Shown here piece by piece: positions 36,996 to 46,466 of a stretch of 64,000 bases of DNA; the stretch's first letter is position 1, and every line of letters begins with the position of its first letter. The DNA comes from Verrucomicrobiota bacterium (GTDB lineage Bacteria; Verrucomicrobiota; Verrucomicrobiia; Limisphaerales; UBA1412): contig JALNXY010000008.1 in the NCBI GenBank assembly GCA_023230105.1, positions 28,185 to 92,184 of the forward strand, given 5' to 3'. The notes beneath the pieces were generated by a model. It was given only the letters and a program-made list of their open reading frames with translations. It was not told the origin of the DNA and ran no database searches. The position numbers and the translations under genes are program-made.

Positions 36996-37358
36996 ATGCA
37001 AGTCACTATATTAAAATCAAAGATTCACCGTGCTGCCGTGACCGGAGCGAGTTTGAACTACGAGGGGAGTTTGACCATTGATATTGAGTTTATGCAGCGG
37101 GTTGGGCTTTTGCCTTATGAAAAGATACTCTGCAGTAATATGGCAAATGGGGCACGATTCGAAACCTATGCTATCCCCGGGGAACCCGGCTCCGGATCTA
37201 TCATTTTGAATGGAGCCACAGCGCACTTAGGCAAAAAAGGAGACCGTCTCACAATCATGAATTTTGCACTCGTAAGCCTCGCTGATGCTGAAAACTGGGT
37301 GCCCAGGGTAATCGTTATGGATGAGCATAATCAGATTGTAGACGAGCGAGGTATTTAG
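36996..37358 (+). CDS. panD: Aspartate 1-decarboxylase proenzyme
   Basis: LKSKIHRA, self-cleavage site YEG-SLTID, RFETYAI, NGATAH; start set at MQVTILKSK. Confidence 0.96.
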   Translation: MQVTILKSKIHRAAVTGASLNYEGSLTIDIEFMQRVGLLPYEKILCSNMANGARFETYAIPGEPGSGSIILNGATAHLGKKGDRLTIMNFALVSLADAENWVPRVIVMDEHNQIVDERGI

Positions 37359-37377
37359 ATTGAAAGTTGAGATGAAT

Positions 37378-38424
37378 ATGAAGTTTACTGCGGCGGAGAT
37401 TGCAAAACGATTGGCTGGAACGGTAGAAGGTGATGAGAGCCTGGTATTATCTGGATTTGCTTCTGCAGCAGATGCCACGCAGGGCGTTTTGACCTTTGCT
37501 GAAAGCGAGCTTTACCTTGAGAAAGCTGATAGAAGCCAAGCTTCAGCGATTTTGCTTGATGGCGAGCTCAAGTCCAATAGCGGCAAAACTATTATTCGTG
37601 TAAAAAATGCCCGCATCGCTTTTGCGCATGTGATGCAGTTGTTTTTTCCGGAGCCTGTTTTCGAACCCGGGATTCATCCCAGTGCGATCGTGGAGTTCGG
37701 AGCATACGTGGACCCCACCGCTCATATAGGCGCCTTTTGTAAAATCGGAAAGTCGGCCGTCATTGGGAAAGGTGTCGTTATTGGAGAAAGCTGCCAGGTT
37801 GGTGATGGAACGCAGATCGGCGATAATTCCCGAATTTTTCCGCGTGTTACCTTTTATCCTTCAGTGAAGATAGGGAAGCGGGTGAGGATACATTCAGGTT
37901 CGGTGATTGGTTCTGACGGTTTTGGATATGTTTTGGATCAAGGTTGTCATGTCAAAGTTCCTCAGATAGGTACCGTGATCATTCACGATGACGTTGAAAT
38001 TGGTGCTAACGTCACGATTGATCGTGGAGCTATGGAAGCGACTGAGATTGGACGGGGAACTAAAATTGATAATCTGGTTATGATTGCCCACAACGTTAAG
38101 GTGGGAGAAAACTGCATTATCGTTTCCCAGGTTGGGGTTGCTGGCAGCACTAGACTGGGAAACTATGTCGTCCTAGCGGGGCAGGTTGGTATAGCCGGTC
38201 ATTTAAACTTAGGTAATCAGGTGACGGTTGGTGCAAAAGCGGGTGTAATGAATAACATTCCTGATGGTCAAATGTGGCTGGGGACCCCTGCTATGCCGCA
38301 TAAAGATGCGAAGAGAGTCATGATCGCCTGGCAATCAATGCCTGATGCGTTGAAGCGTTTGCGTGCTTTGGAGCGAGAAGTGCAAAGCCTCAAAGATGCG
38401 ACCAAGGAGTGCGATGGGGTATGA
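37378..38424 (+). CDS. lpxD: UDP-3-O-(3-hydroxymyristoyl)glucosamine N-acyltransferase
   Basis: Hexapeptide repeats; IGSDGFGY, KVPQIGTV, VEIGANVTIDRG, TKIDNLVMIAHN. Confidence 0.96.
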   Translation: MKFTAAEIAKRLAGTVEGDESLVLSGFASAADATQGVLTFAESELYLEKADRSQASAILLDGELKSNSGKTIIRVKNARIAFAHVMQLFFPEPVFEPGIHPSAIVEFGAYVDPTAHIGAFCKIGKSAVIGKGVVIGESCQVGDGTQIGDNSRIFPRVTFYPSVKIGKRVRIHSGSVIGSDGFGYVLDQGCHVKVPQIGTVIIHDDVEIGANVTIDRGAMEATEIGRGTKIDNLVMIAHNVKVGENCIIVSQVGVAGSTRLGNYVVLAGQVGIAGHLNLGNQVTVGAKAGVMNNIPDGQMWLGTPAMPHKDAKRVMIAWQSMPDALKRLRALEREVQSLKDATKECDGV

Positions 38425-38975
38425 GGCAAATGGTTCTTTCGCCTTCAGCTCAAAGCTTATGGACCTGCCGGCGTAATGGTATACGTTACAGCCCTCGTTT
38501 TTTTTGTGTGAATGTCCAACGGCAGAAAATGCAGCTTTATCACTGGAGTCTGGAAGAAAGAGCGTATTTGTTTCAAAAGGAGTATCTGGTTTCGACCAGC
38601 TCTTATGGTGTTGGTTGCCAGATGAACAGTTTTAAGACACCTTTGGGGCTACACCGAATTGCTTCAAAAAAAGGAGGAGGAACTCCTCAGGGTACAGTTT
38701 TTAAAGCGCGCGTTCCTATCGGCTATACGTGGAAAGGAATGTCCGAAGCAAAGATTGCTCACAGAATTTTCTGGTTGGAAGGGCTTGAATTCGGAAAAAA
38801 CAAAGGGCCCGGATTGGATTCCTTTGAACGGTATATTTACATTCACGGAGTAGGGGATGAGACGACCTTGGGGAGGCCCTCTTCTTGTGGCTGTATCCAT
38901 CTGGCAGCTTCAGATTTGATGCCTTTGTTTGACCGTTGCAGGGTGGGTGATTTGGTTTGGATTGAAGAAAGATAA
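38421..38975 (+). CDS. L,D-transpeptidase (YkuD) family protein
   Basis: IYIHG...LGRPSSCGCIHL catalytic His/Cys motif; ATGA overlap with the lpxD stop. Confidence 0.82.
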   Translation: MRQMVLSPSAQSLWTCRRNGIRYSPRFFCVNVQRQKMQLYHWSLEERAYLFQKEYLVSTSSYGVGCQMNSFKTPLGLHRIASKKGGGTPQGTVFKARVPIGYTWKGMSEAKIAHRIFWLEGLEFGKNKGPGLDSFERYIYIHGVGDETTLGRPSSCGCIHLAASDLMPLFDRCRVGDLVWIEER

Positions 38976-38981
38976 ACACAG

Positions 38982-39683
38982 GTGGAAGCAGCAGCAATCA
39001 TTGTGGCCGCAGGCAAGGGAACCCGAATGGGTGGGCAAATTGACAAGATATTTCTGGAGGTCGATGGCGCCCCGATTATCGTGCATACCTGGCGTCGATT
39101 TCTGTCGCTGCCTTCTGTTTCAAAGATTGTGCTGGTTGTTCGTTCTGGAATGGAGGAAGAATTCAAAAGATTGGCTTCGGTGCACAAACTAGACCAAAAA
39201 TCTTTTTCATTAGTTGTTGGCGGCGCCGAAAGACAGGATTCCGTTTGGAATGGTTTGTCGTCTGTTAAAGAAGAATTTGACCTGGTGGCTATTCAAGATG
39301 GAGCCAGACCTTGCACCCCCGTTGCCGTGATAGAGAAAGCATTCCAGATTGCAGCACAACATGGAGCCGCTGTTTTAGCTCGCAGGGTAACCGATACCGT
39401 CAAAGAATCTCAGGATGGACTGGTGGTGGATCGCACGCTGGATCGTTCTCTGCTTTGGGCCGTACAAACACCGCAAGTATTCCAAACTTACGTGATCCTC
39501 AGGGCAATTGCTGAGGCGATTAAGAAGGGGTATAAATTGACGGATGACACTGCTGCATGCGAGATGATTGGCCAAAAGGTCTGTCTGGTGGAGTGTCCTG
39601 CACCCAACCCTAAGGCTACCAGCCCCGATGATTTGCCCTATATCGAAATGCTCCTTCGGAACGAGAGAGCATTGTCATTATAA
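38982..39683 (+). CDS. ispD: 2-C-methyl-D-erythritol 4-phosphate cytidylyltransferase
   Basis: IVAAGKGTRMG, GGAERQDSV, DGARP, AVQTPQVF, LTDD, NPKAT. Confidence 0.95.
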   Translation: MEAAAIIVAAGKGTRMGGQIDKIFLEVDGAPIIVHTWRRFLSLPSVSKIVLVVRSGMEEEFKRLASVHKLDQKSFSLVVGGAERQDSVWNGLSSVKEEFDLVAIQDGARPCTPVAVIEKAFQIAAQHGAAVLARRVTDTVKESQDGLVVDRTLDRSLLWAVQTPQVFQTYVILRAIAEAIKKGYKLTDDTAACEMIGQKVCLVECPAPNPKATSPDDLPYIEMLLRNERALSL

Positions 39684-40672
39684 TGAATTTTATCAGGGAG
39701 TTTTTAAAAGAGCTTGAGGATCCAATGCCGTTGCCTATGCACCTGGCATGGCTGGGGCGGCCCTTGATTCAATCTTTTGTTCTATCTTTAATTCTCCACT
39801 GTGTTGTGATTGTTAGCTGGGAGATAGCTTTTCAGGTAGGCATTGTTGCCTCCCGGCCATCTCGTGTATTGAAGGAAATGGTGCTTCAAACCGAAAATAA
39901 AGGCATTATTGAACAATTCTCTCAAGAGCAGGAAGTTCCTTTAATGTTCATTGAAGTGGCCCCGCAAAGTGAAGAAGTCGAACCTGCGCCGAATGCCAAG
40001 TATTATTCCAGCGCGAGTACCCGGGCATCCAATCCTGATCCCGTCCTGGTAAGCAAGGAAGATCCCCGAATACATGGTGTTGAGCAGGAAATGATTCGCA
40101 CGATGGAAAAAACTCGCATGCAGCCTGAAGAAATGAACCCCATCCAGGAGGATTCAGGAGCCAGAGTACACCAAGAGGTAGAACCAGAGCCCAGCAGAAA
40201 ACCACTTTTTGCCGCCAAGCCAAGTGATTTGGGTGTGGGCAACGCAGAAGAGAAACCACGTCCGAGAACTTTAAAAGAGGCGCAAAAAAACATTTCTCTT
40301 ATAGGCACCCCCACTGAACAAAAAGGAGGTGTTCATAGACATTCACTGGTGTCTCAAATGGATGTCATGGGGACTCCTTTTGGGAATTATGATGCAGCTT
40401 TTATCGCTGCTGTTCAAAAAAGGTGGTATGATCTTATAGATGCTTCTGCTCTCGTAACAGCTTCGGGAAAAGTTGTGGTAGTCTTCAAATTGTACGAGGA
40501 CGGGCGTATTGATAGTGTGCAAGAAGTTTCCAGTACGGTAAATACTCTGCAAGGGCTGCTTTGTCAAAAAGCAATAACAGATCCGGCTCCCTACAGCCCT
40601 TGGCCCAGCGAGTTGCGTCGTGCTGTGCAAGGTGATGTTAGAGAAGTCAAATTTACTTTTTACTATAGATAA
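39683..40672 (+). CDS. TonB/TolA-type energy transducer
   Basis: N-terminal anchor (SFVLSLILH), Pro/Glu-rich linker, C-terminal domain (GKVVVVFKLYEDG...AITDPAPYSPWP); followed by ExbB/ExbD-like genes. Confidence 0.75.
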   Translation: MNFIREFLKELEDPMPLPMHLAWLGRPLIQSFVLSLILHCVVIVSWEIAFQVGIVASRPSRVLKEMVLQTENKGIIEQFSQEQEVPLMFIEVAPQSEEVEPAPNAKYYSSASTRASNPDPVLVSKEDPRIHGVEQEMIRTMEKTRMQPEEMNPIQEDSGARVHQEVEPEPSRKPLFAAKPSDLGVGNAEEKPRPRTLKEAQKNISLIGTPTEQKGGVHRHSLVSQMDVMGTPFGNYDAAFIAAVQKRWYDLIDASALVTASGKVVVVFKLYEDGRIDSVQEVSSTVNTLQGLLCQKAITDPAPYSPWPSELRRAVQGDVREVKFTFYYR

Positions 40673-40697
40673 TTAAGCAAAGAATAAAACAAATACT

Positions 40698-41318
40698 ATG
40701 ATAGATTTTTTTGTAAAAGGCGGATTCATGATGATTCCCATGCTCTTTGTCTCTGTGGCAACTGTGGCTTTTATGATTGAGCGGGGATTAGCTCTTCGAA
40801 GGGAAAAAATATTGCCTCCGTCGGTTTTGGAGGGATTGAGCGATTATCAAAAAACAGGGAACAAAGAAAAATTGAGAAGAAGTTGCGACATGGTTCCCAG
40901 CCCGCTAAGCCGACTCTTAATTTGTTCGTTGGATCATTCATCGCAGACGAGAAAAGAAAACCAGGATGCCGTTGAGACTCAGGCTCGCAAAGAGGTGATC
41001 CTTTTGGAGAAGTGGCTAATCTTTATCGAAATTACGGTGGGAATCGCCCCTCTGATGGGGCTTCTCGGTACTCTTCATGGAATGATTACGCTCTTTGGTG
41101 GCTTGGGTGCTAACTTTGGGGCGGCTGATCCTGCACTTATTGCTGCGGGTATTTCCGTGACCCTGAACGTTACCTTTATGGGTTTAGCAATTGCGATCCC
41201 TTCTCTGATTGGATGGAGTTTTTATAGTAAAAAAGTAGAGATTATGACGGCTGAACTGGAAACATCTCTGGGTGAATTCATTCAGGTTTTATACCAAGGG
41301 AGGAAGAAAGCAGAGTAG
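40698..41318 (+). CDS. MotA/TolQ/ExbB proton channel protein
   Basis: APLMGLLGTLHGMI, IAAGISVTLNVTFMGLAIAIP. Confidence 0.9.
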   Translation: MIDFFVKGGFMMIPMLFVSVATVAFMIERGLALRREKILPPSVLEGLSDYQKTGNKEKLRRSCDMVPSPLSRLLICSLDHSSQTRKENQDAVETQARKEVILLEKWLIFIEITVGIAPLMGLLGTLHGMITLFGGLGANFGAADPALIAAGISVTLNVTFMGLAIAIPSLIGWSFYSKKVEIMTAELETSLGEFIQVLYQGRKKAE

Positions 41319-41373
41319 CCCTCGGAAGTGGCACTTTCTGATTTTATACCTTGAGAAATAAAATTGTTTTACC

Positions 41374-41799
41374 ATGCGCTTCAAAATAACTAAACAGCGG
41401 CAGACACCTCCTATAATTATCGTGGCGCTGGTCGATGTGCTTATCGTTGTGTTGATATTCCTTGTGGTGACGACTACCTTTAAAACACACCCAGCTTTCA
41501 AAATGACTCTGCCTGAATCCGAAACAGCTCAGCAAGGGAGTACGACGGTCACAAACATTATTATTAATGTTCCAAAGGGAACGAATGTTTTCTTTGTGGG
41601 GCCGAGTGCCTATAGCGATATTCAGTTAGTGGAGTATTTATCGGCGCAGACACGTAAAACTCCGGATGTGGCCGTTTCAATCCGTGCTGATACAGAGTCT
41701 TCTTTTGGAAGAATTGTTGCTTTAATGGATATCATTAAAAAGGCAAAAATTCTTCATGTTAGTGCTTTTGCAAAACCTGTTCCCTCAGGTGAACAGTGA
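41374..41799 (+). CDS. ExbD/TolR family protein
   Basis: ALVDVLIVVLIFLVVT, LPES, SIRAD...FGRIVALMD. Confidence 0.9.
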   Translation: MRFKITKQRQTPPIIIVALVDVLIVVLIFLVVTTTFKTHPAFKMTLPESETAQQGSTTVTNIIINVPKGTNVFFVGPSAYSDIQLVEYLSAQTRKTPDVAVSIRADTESSFGRIVALMDIIKKAKILHVSAFAKPVPSGEQ

Positions 41800-41876
41800 T
41801 AACACCATCTCCTGCTACTTGGAGATATAGACGCATTGCGGGGCGATGAGAGTGGATCAGAAATAAATATTACTTA

Positions 41877-42401
<525 letters not shown>

Positions 42402-42490
42402 TTATAGGGCGTTCATGTCTGCAGCCACTCCTGCGAGATTAGGGAGTAGCCTTTCTGCGCACAGAATGAGACAGCTAGAGTGTATTCTAC

Positions 42491-43534
42491 TTATTGTCTT
42501 GATTTGTAATGAACAGGTGAAACTTCCCGTAATCTCTGAGCCGCCTGTTCCGGTGTAAGATCACGCTGTGGCTCGGCGAGCATCTCATATCCGACCATGA
42601 ATTTTTTAATAGTGGCCGAACGCAATAAAGGAGGATAATAGTGGGCGTGAAGTTGCCAGTGATCATTGGCTTTCCCCGTGGAAGGTGCGCCATGCCATCC
42701 CATTGAATAAGGGAAACTGGTTTCAAAAAGGTTGTCGTAACGGATCAATCCCTCTTTCATTATTTCAGCCAAAGTGCTTTTTTGATCATCAGTCAGCTCC
42801 ATGAGGCTCTTAACGGGAAAGAGAGGTAAGAGTAGATATTCGTATGGCCAAACGGCCCAAAAGGGAACGAGTAACACCCAATTTTCGTTGGAAGAAATAA
42901 CACGTGCACCGTCCTTTAGCTCTGCGTGGGCATAGTCCAGTAATAGAGGTGTGCCACGGCTCTGGAGATAGGCGTACTGGAATTCATCTTCTTTCGCAAT
43001 TTCAACGGGCAAAAAACTGTTGGCCCATATTTGTCCGTGTGGATGCGGGTTTGAGCACCCCATTATGGCCCCTTTGTTTTCAAAAACCTGAACCCACGGA
43101 TACTTTTCAGAAAGTTCCCGGGTTTGTTCGCTCCAGACATTGATAATTGATTTAACTTCTTCCAGGGGTAATTCTGGAAGCGTTAAGTCATGTCGTGGAG
43201 AAAAGCAGATAACTCTGCATTCACCATGAGCAGCCTCCATTTTGAAAAAAGGACTTTCGTTTTGTTCGGTCGTGTCAATCGGCTTTCCGGGCAAAAGCGC
43301 AGCATAGTCGTTATTAAAAACAAATGTGCTTTTATATTGGGGATTTAGTGCGCCATTAGCTCTGGTATTCCCCGGGCAAAGATAGCATTTGGGCTCATAA
43401 GCAGGGCGCGCCGCCATCGTGCTCTCTTTTTGTCCCAGCCAAGGCCGTTGAGTCCGATGTGGTGACACCAAAACCCATTGTCCTGTGAGGGGATTATATC
43501 TTCTGTGGGTGCTTTGATTAAACTGTAATTCCAT
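42491..43534 (-). CDS. galT: Galactose-1-phosphate uridylyltransferase
   Basis: [31 protein letters not shown]. Confidence 0.97.
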   Translation of the reverse strand: MELQFNQSTHRRYNPLTGQWVLVSPHRTQRPWLGQKESTMAARPAYEPKCYLCPGNTRANGALNPQYKSTFVFNNDYAALLPGKPIDTTEQNESPFFKMEAAHGECRVICFSPRHDLTLPELPLEEVKSIINVWSEQTRELSEKYPWVQVFENKGAIMGCSNPHPHGQIWANSFLPVEIAKEDEFQYAYLQSRGTPLLLDYAHAELKDGARVISSNENWVLLVPFWAVWPYEYLLLPLFPVKSLMELTDDQKSTLAEIMKEGLIRYDNLFETSFPYSMGWHGAPSTGKANDHWQLHAHYYPPLLRSATIKKFMVGYEMLAEPQRDLTPEQAAQRLREVSPVHYKSRQ

Positions 43535-43549
43535 GGAGATTAAAACGAA

Positions 43550-44737
43550 TTATTGTTCTATCACACGAGCGCCGTCCGCAGGTCGAGATGCAAAAATTGA
43601 ACACTTCAGACCGGTTTTTTCTTTGTATTCCCGCTCTATGGTTTCACTGATATGTGGAATCATCTTTGTTTCCACCAATGAGATTGCGCAGCCCCCGAAG
43701 CCTCCGCCCGTCATCCTGCAACCATAAACCCCACCGGAGAGGCCTATTTTTTTCGAAATTTCCACAATGTAATCCAGTTCAACACAGCTCACTTCAAAGT
43801 CGGACATTAAAGATTGGTGGCTTTCATACATTAAAGTACCTGTTTCTTCTAAGAGAGAGTTGGAAAGTGCCGAGGCTGCTTTCGAGGTCCTTATATTTTC
43901 AGTGATGACGTGTTTTGCCCTGCGGTAAGGAATCACAGGCATTTCATCTTCAAACGATTCCAAAAGTTCCATATCCGCATCCCTCAACCATTTAACGCCC
44001 ATTATCCGAGATGCAGTTTCACATTCGGAGCGTCGTTTTCCATATTCTCCGGAGGCCAGCTGGTGTTTGACGTTGGAGTTAATAACTAAAAAGGAAACGT
44101 CAGGATTCTTTATCTCTGTCCATTGGGTTTCATGGTTGCTGCAATCCAGAAGCATAATGTGGTTTTTACGAGCCATGACGGAAATGAATTGATCCATTAT
44201 GCCGCAGGGGACTCCCGCAAACTCGTGTTCTGCTTTTTGGCCGATGAGAGCTTTTTCTTCTTGGGTAACATTCTTTCCAGTGACAGCTTCAATGAGTGTC
44301 CCCGTTGCAATCTCCAATGCAGCGCTGCTGGAGAGCCCACCGCCTAAGGGGACTGTGGAGTCCATGACAACATCCAAAGCTGGAGTCTGTATGTTCTTCT
44401 CCTGAAAGCCTCGAATAACACCTCGTATATAGTTAGCCCAACGTGGCTCAGCCCGTGTAATCTGGGAGAGTTTAATGTGAGCGGTTTCGTTAAATCTCAA
44501 ACACTTCACCACAACGGTGTCATGAACAGTTTTTTTCGGTAAATCTGCTGCTAAAACGGTATATCTTTCTATCCCCATAGGGAAGACAAAGCCCCCGTTG
44601 TAGTCAGTGTGTTCTCCAATGATATTGACTCTTCCGGGCGCAACAACAATCCAGCGTGCTGGGCGTCCATAATGTTCCTCGAACTTTATTTTTGTTTTCT
44701 GAACTAGTTCCTCTAATGTTAAGGCTATCTCTATCAT
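43550..44737 (-). CDS. galK: Galactokinase
   Basis: APGRVNIIGEHTDYN, PLGGGLSSSAA, CGIMDQF, RMTGGGFGGC. Confidence 0.97.
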   Translation of the reverse strand: MIEIALTLEELVQKTKIKFEEHYGRPARWIVVAPGRVNIIGEHTDYNGGFVFPMGIERYTVLAADLPKKTVHDTVVVKCLRFNETAHIKLSQITRAEPRWANYIRGVIRGFQEKNIQTPALDVVMDSTVPLGGGLSSSAALEIATGTLIEAVTGKNVTQEEKALIGQKAEHEFAGVPCGIMDQFISVMARKNHIMLLDCSNHETQWTEIKNPDVSFLVINSNVKHQLASGEYGKRRSECETASRIMGVKWLRDADMELLESFEDEMPVIPYRRAKHVITENIRTSKAASALSNSLLEETGTLMYESHQSLMSDFEVSCVELDYIVEISKKIGLSGGVYGCRMTGGGFGGCAISLVETKMIPHISETIEREYKEKTGLKCSIFASRPADGARVIEQ

Positions 44738-44758
44738 GTTGATTTTATAAAAGAAAAA

Positions 44759-44778
44759 ATTGGAGCAGCTTCTCCAAT
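44759..44778. promoter_or_regulatory. Near-perfect 20-bp palindrome between divergent galK and uvrC (candidate operator)
   Basis: ATTGGAGCAG|CTTCTCCAAT: 9 of 10 half-site positions match; 21 nt upstream of the galK start. Confidence 0.45.
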
Positions 44779-44881
44779 CCCCTCCAGGGAATTCAACACA
44801 ATTATATTGCTCAATGCAATTGAAATTTCTAACTTCTCTTCTCTCAAGTATTTTCCCTATAATTCACTTGGGAGACAGGCG

Positions 44882-46426
44882 ATGTCTACGAGTGAGCTCA
44901 TACGAACTAAATTGGGGAAGCTGCCCCACAAACCGGGAATTTATCTGATGAAAGATCGCTTTGGAACAGTGATTTATGTCGGGAAAGCCCGGGATTTGCG
45001 TCGTCGTGTCAGCCAGTATTTTCATCCCTCACGTCGACATGCCTGGGATTTGAAGCTGCAGGCCTTAGTGGAAGCCATTAGCGACTTCGATATTCATCAG
45101 GTAAATAGCGAACCGGAAGCTTTACTACTGGAGGGAAAACTTATCAAAGAGTTCAAACCCAGGTATAACGTCAGCTTTAAGGATGATAAGCGATTTTTGC
45201 TGATAAAAGTCAATCTGAACGATCCTATTCCCAATTTCGTCATCACTCGCCTTAAAAAGGAGGATCAAGCAAGGTATTTTGGTCCTTTCGTGGATTCTGT
45301 TGCTGCACGAAGGACATTAGATATTGCAAAAAAGCAGTTTTCCCTCAGAAGTTGTAGGGCTTTTACTCCCAACAAAAATGATTATAAGCACTGCATGTAC
45401 AGGCATTTGAAATTTTGTACAGCACCCTGTATAGGCAATGTGACAACGGAAGAGTATAAACTCCAGGTGAAGGCAGCCTGTGAGTTCATGGATGGGCAAA
45501 TTGAAAGCATTCGGGAGCAGCTCAAACATGAAATGGAGTTGGCTTCCAATGGGCTGAATTTTGAAAAGGCTGCCCAGCTTCGTGACGCCATAGCAAGCTT
45601 GGAAGTCAGTACACAAAAACAACGTAATTTTGATCGAGTTCCCTATAGTTTACCTTTGGCGATCCATCCGGAGGAAGATATGGAGCAATTGGGCAGGATA
45701 TTGGGGCTTCCGGCCCCTCCACTTCGGATTGAAGGGTATGATATATCTAATATCAGCGGTTCTTTTTCCGTGGGCAGCTTGGTAAGTTTTTACAGGGGTA
45801 AACCTGATCCATCCGGTTATAGAAGGTTTCGAATTAAGGGGGTAACACAGCAAGACGATTTCGCTTGTATGGCCGAAGTCATAGAACGCAGATACACAAG
45901 GTTAAAGAGGGAATCAAGTTCTGAAAAACAAGAATCTTCTTTTCCTCAACTCATTGTGATCGACGGGGGGCTGGGGCAGGTGAATGCAGCATACGGTGTG
46001 CTTAAACAATTAGGCTTGGGGGAGATTCCCATTATAGGCTTGGCCAAGAAACTGGAGGAGATATATCGCCCGGGAGAATCCTCTCCTTTAGTTTTAGACC
46101 ATTCCCTGGGGGCGCTGAAGCTTTTACAGCGCATCCGGGATGAGTCGCATCGATTTGCCAACAATTACAATGCCCAGCTTCGCCTGCGTAAAATTCAGGA
46201 GAGCATTTTGGATGAATTTCCGGGCATTGGTGAACACCGAAAGGCTGACCTTCTGAAGCGGTTCGGTTCTGTCCATCGTCTGAGAAGAGCTACTGTGGGG
46301 GAAATTGCTGAAGTTCCTCGCTTTGGCACTCAGTTGGCAATTAAGCTGGTCGATTTTCTGAAAGCACGCTCAGAAGCCGACACTCCAAAGACCGAAGAAA
46401 ACAACGATCCGCCAGTTGGAAATTGA
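44882..46426 (+). CDS. uvrC: Excinuclease ABC subunit C
   Basis: GIY-YIG domain (PGIYLMKD...VIYVGKA..LRRRV), UVR motif (NFEKAAQLRD), RIEGYDISN, LIVIDGGLGQ, RDESHRFA, HhH (PGIG); start set at MSTSELIR. Confidence 0.95.
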   Translation: MSTSELIRTKLGKLPHKPGIYLMKDRFGTVIYVGKARDLRRRVSQYFHPSRRHAWDLKLQALVEAISDFDIHQVNSEPEALLLEGKLIKEFKPRYNVSFKDDKRFLLIKVNLNDPIPNFVITRLKKEDQARYFGPFVDSVAARRTLDIAKKQFSLRSCRAFTPNKNDYKHCMYRHLKFCTAPCIGNVTTEEYKLQVKAACEFMDGQIESIREQLKHEMELASNGLNFEKAAQLRDAIASLEVSTQKQRNFDRVPYSLPLAIHPEEDMEQLGRILGLPAPPLRIEGYDISNISGSFSVGSLVSFYRGKPDPSGYRRFRIKGVTQQDDFACMAEVIERRYTRLKRESSSEKQESSFPQLIVIDGGLGQVNAAYGVLKQLGLGEIPIIGLAKKLEEIYRPGESSPLVLDHSLGALKLLQRIRDESHRFANNYNAQLRLRKIQESILDEFPGIGEHRKADLLKRFGSVHRLRRATVGEIAEVPRFGTQLAIKLVDFLKARSEADTPKTEENNDPPVGN

Positions 46427-46466
46427 TGTCTGGTACGTGACTTTGGATCTTCTGTTTTCCTGTATT

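Noticed and set aside
44738-44881. LexA/SOS box upstream of uvrC
   Set aside because: No TGTTC-N4-GAACA or CTGT-N8-ACAG site in the intergenic region.
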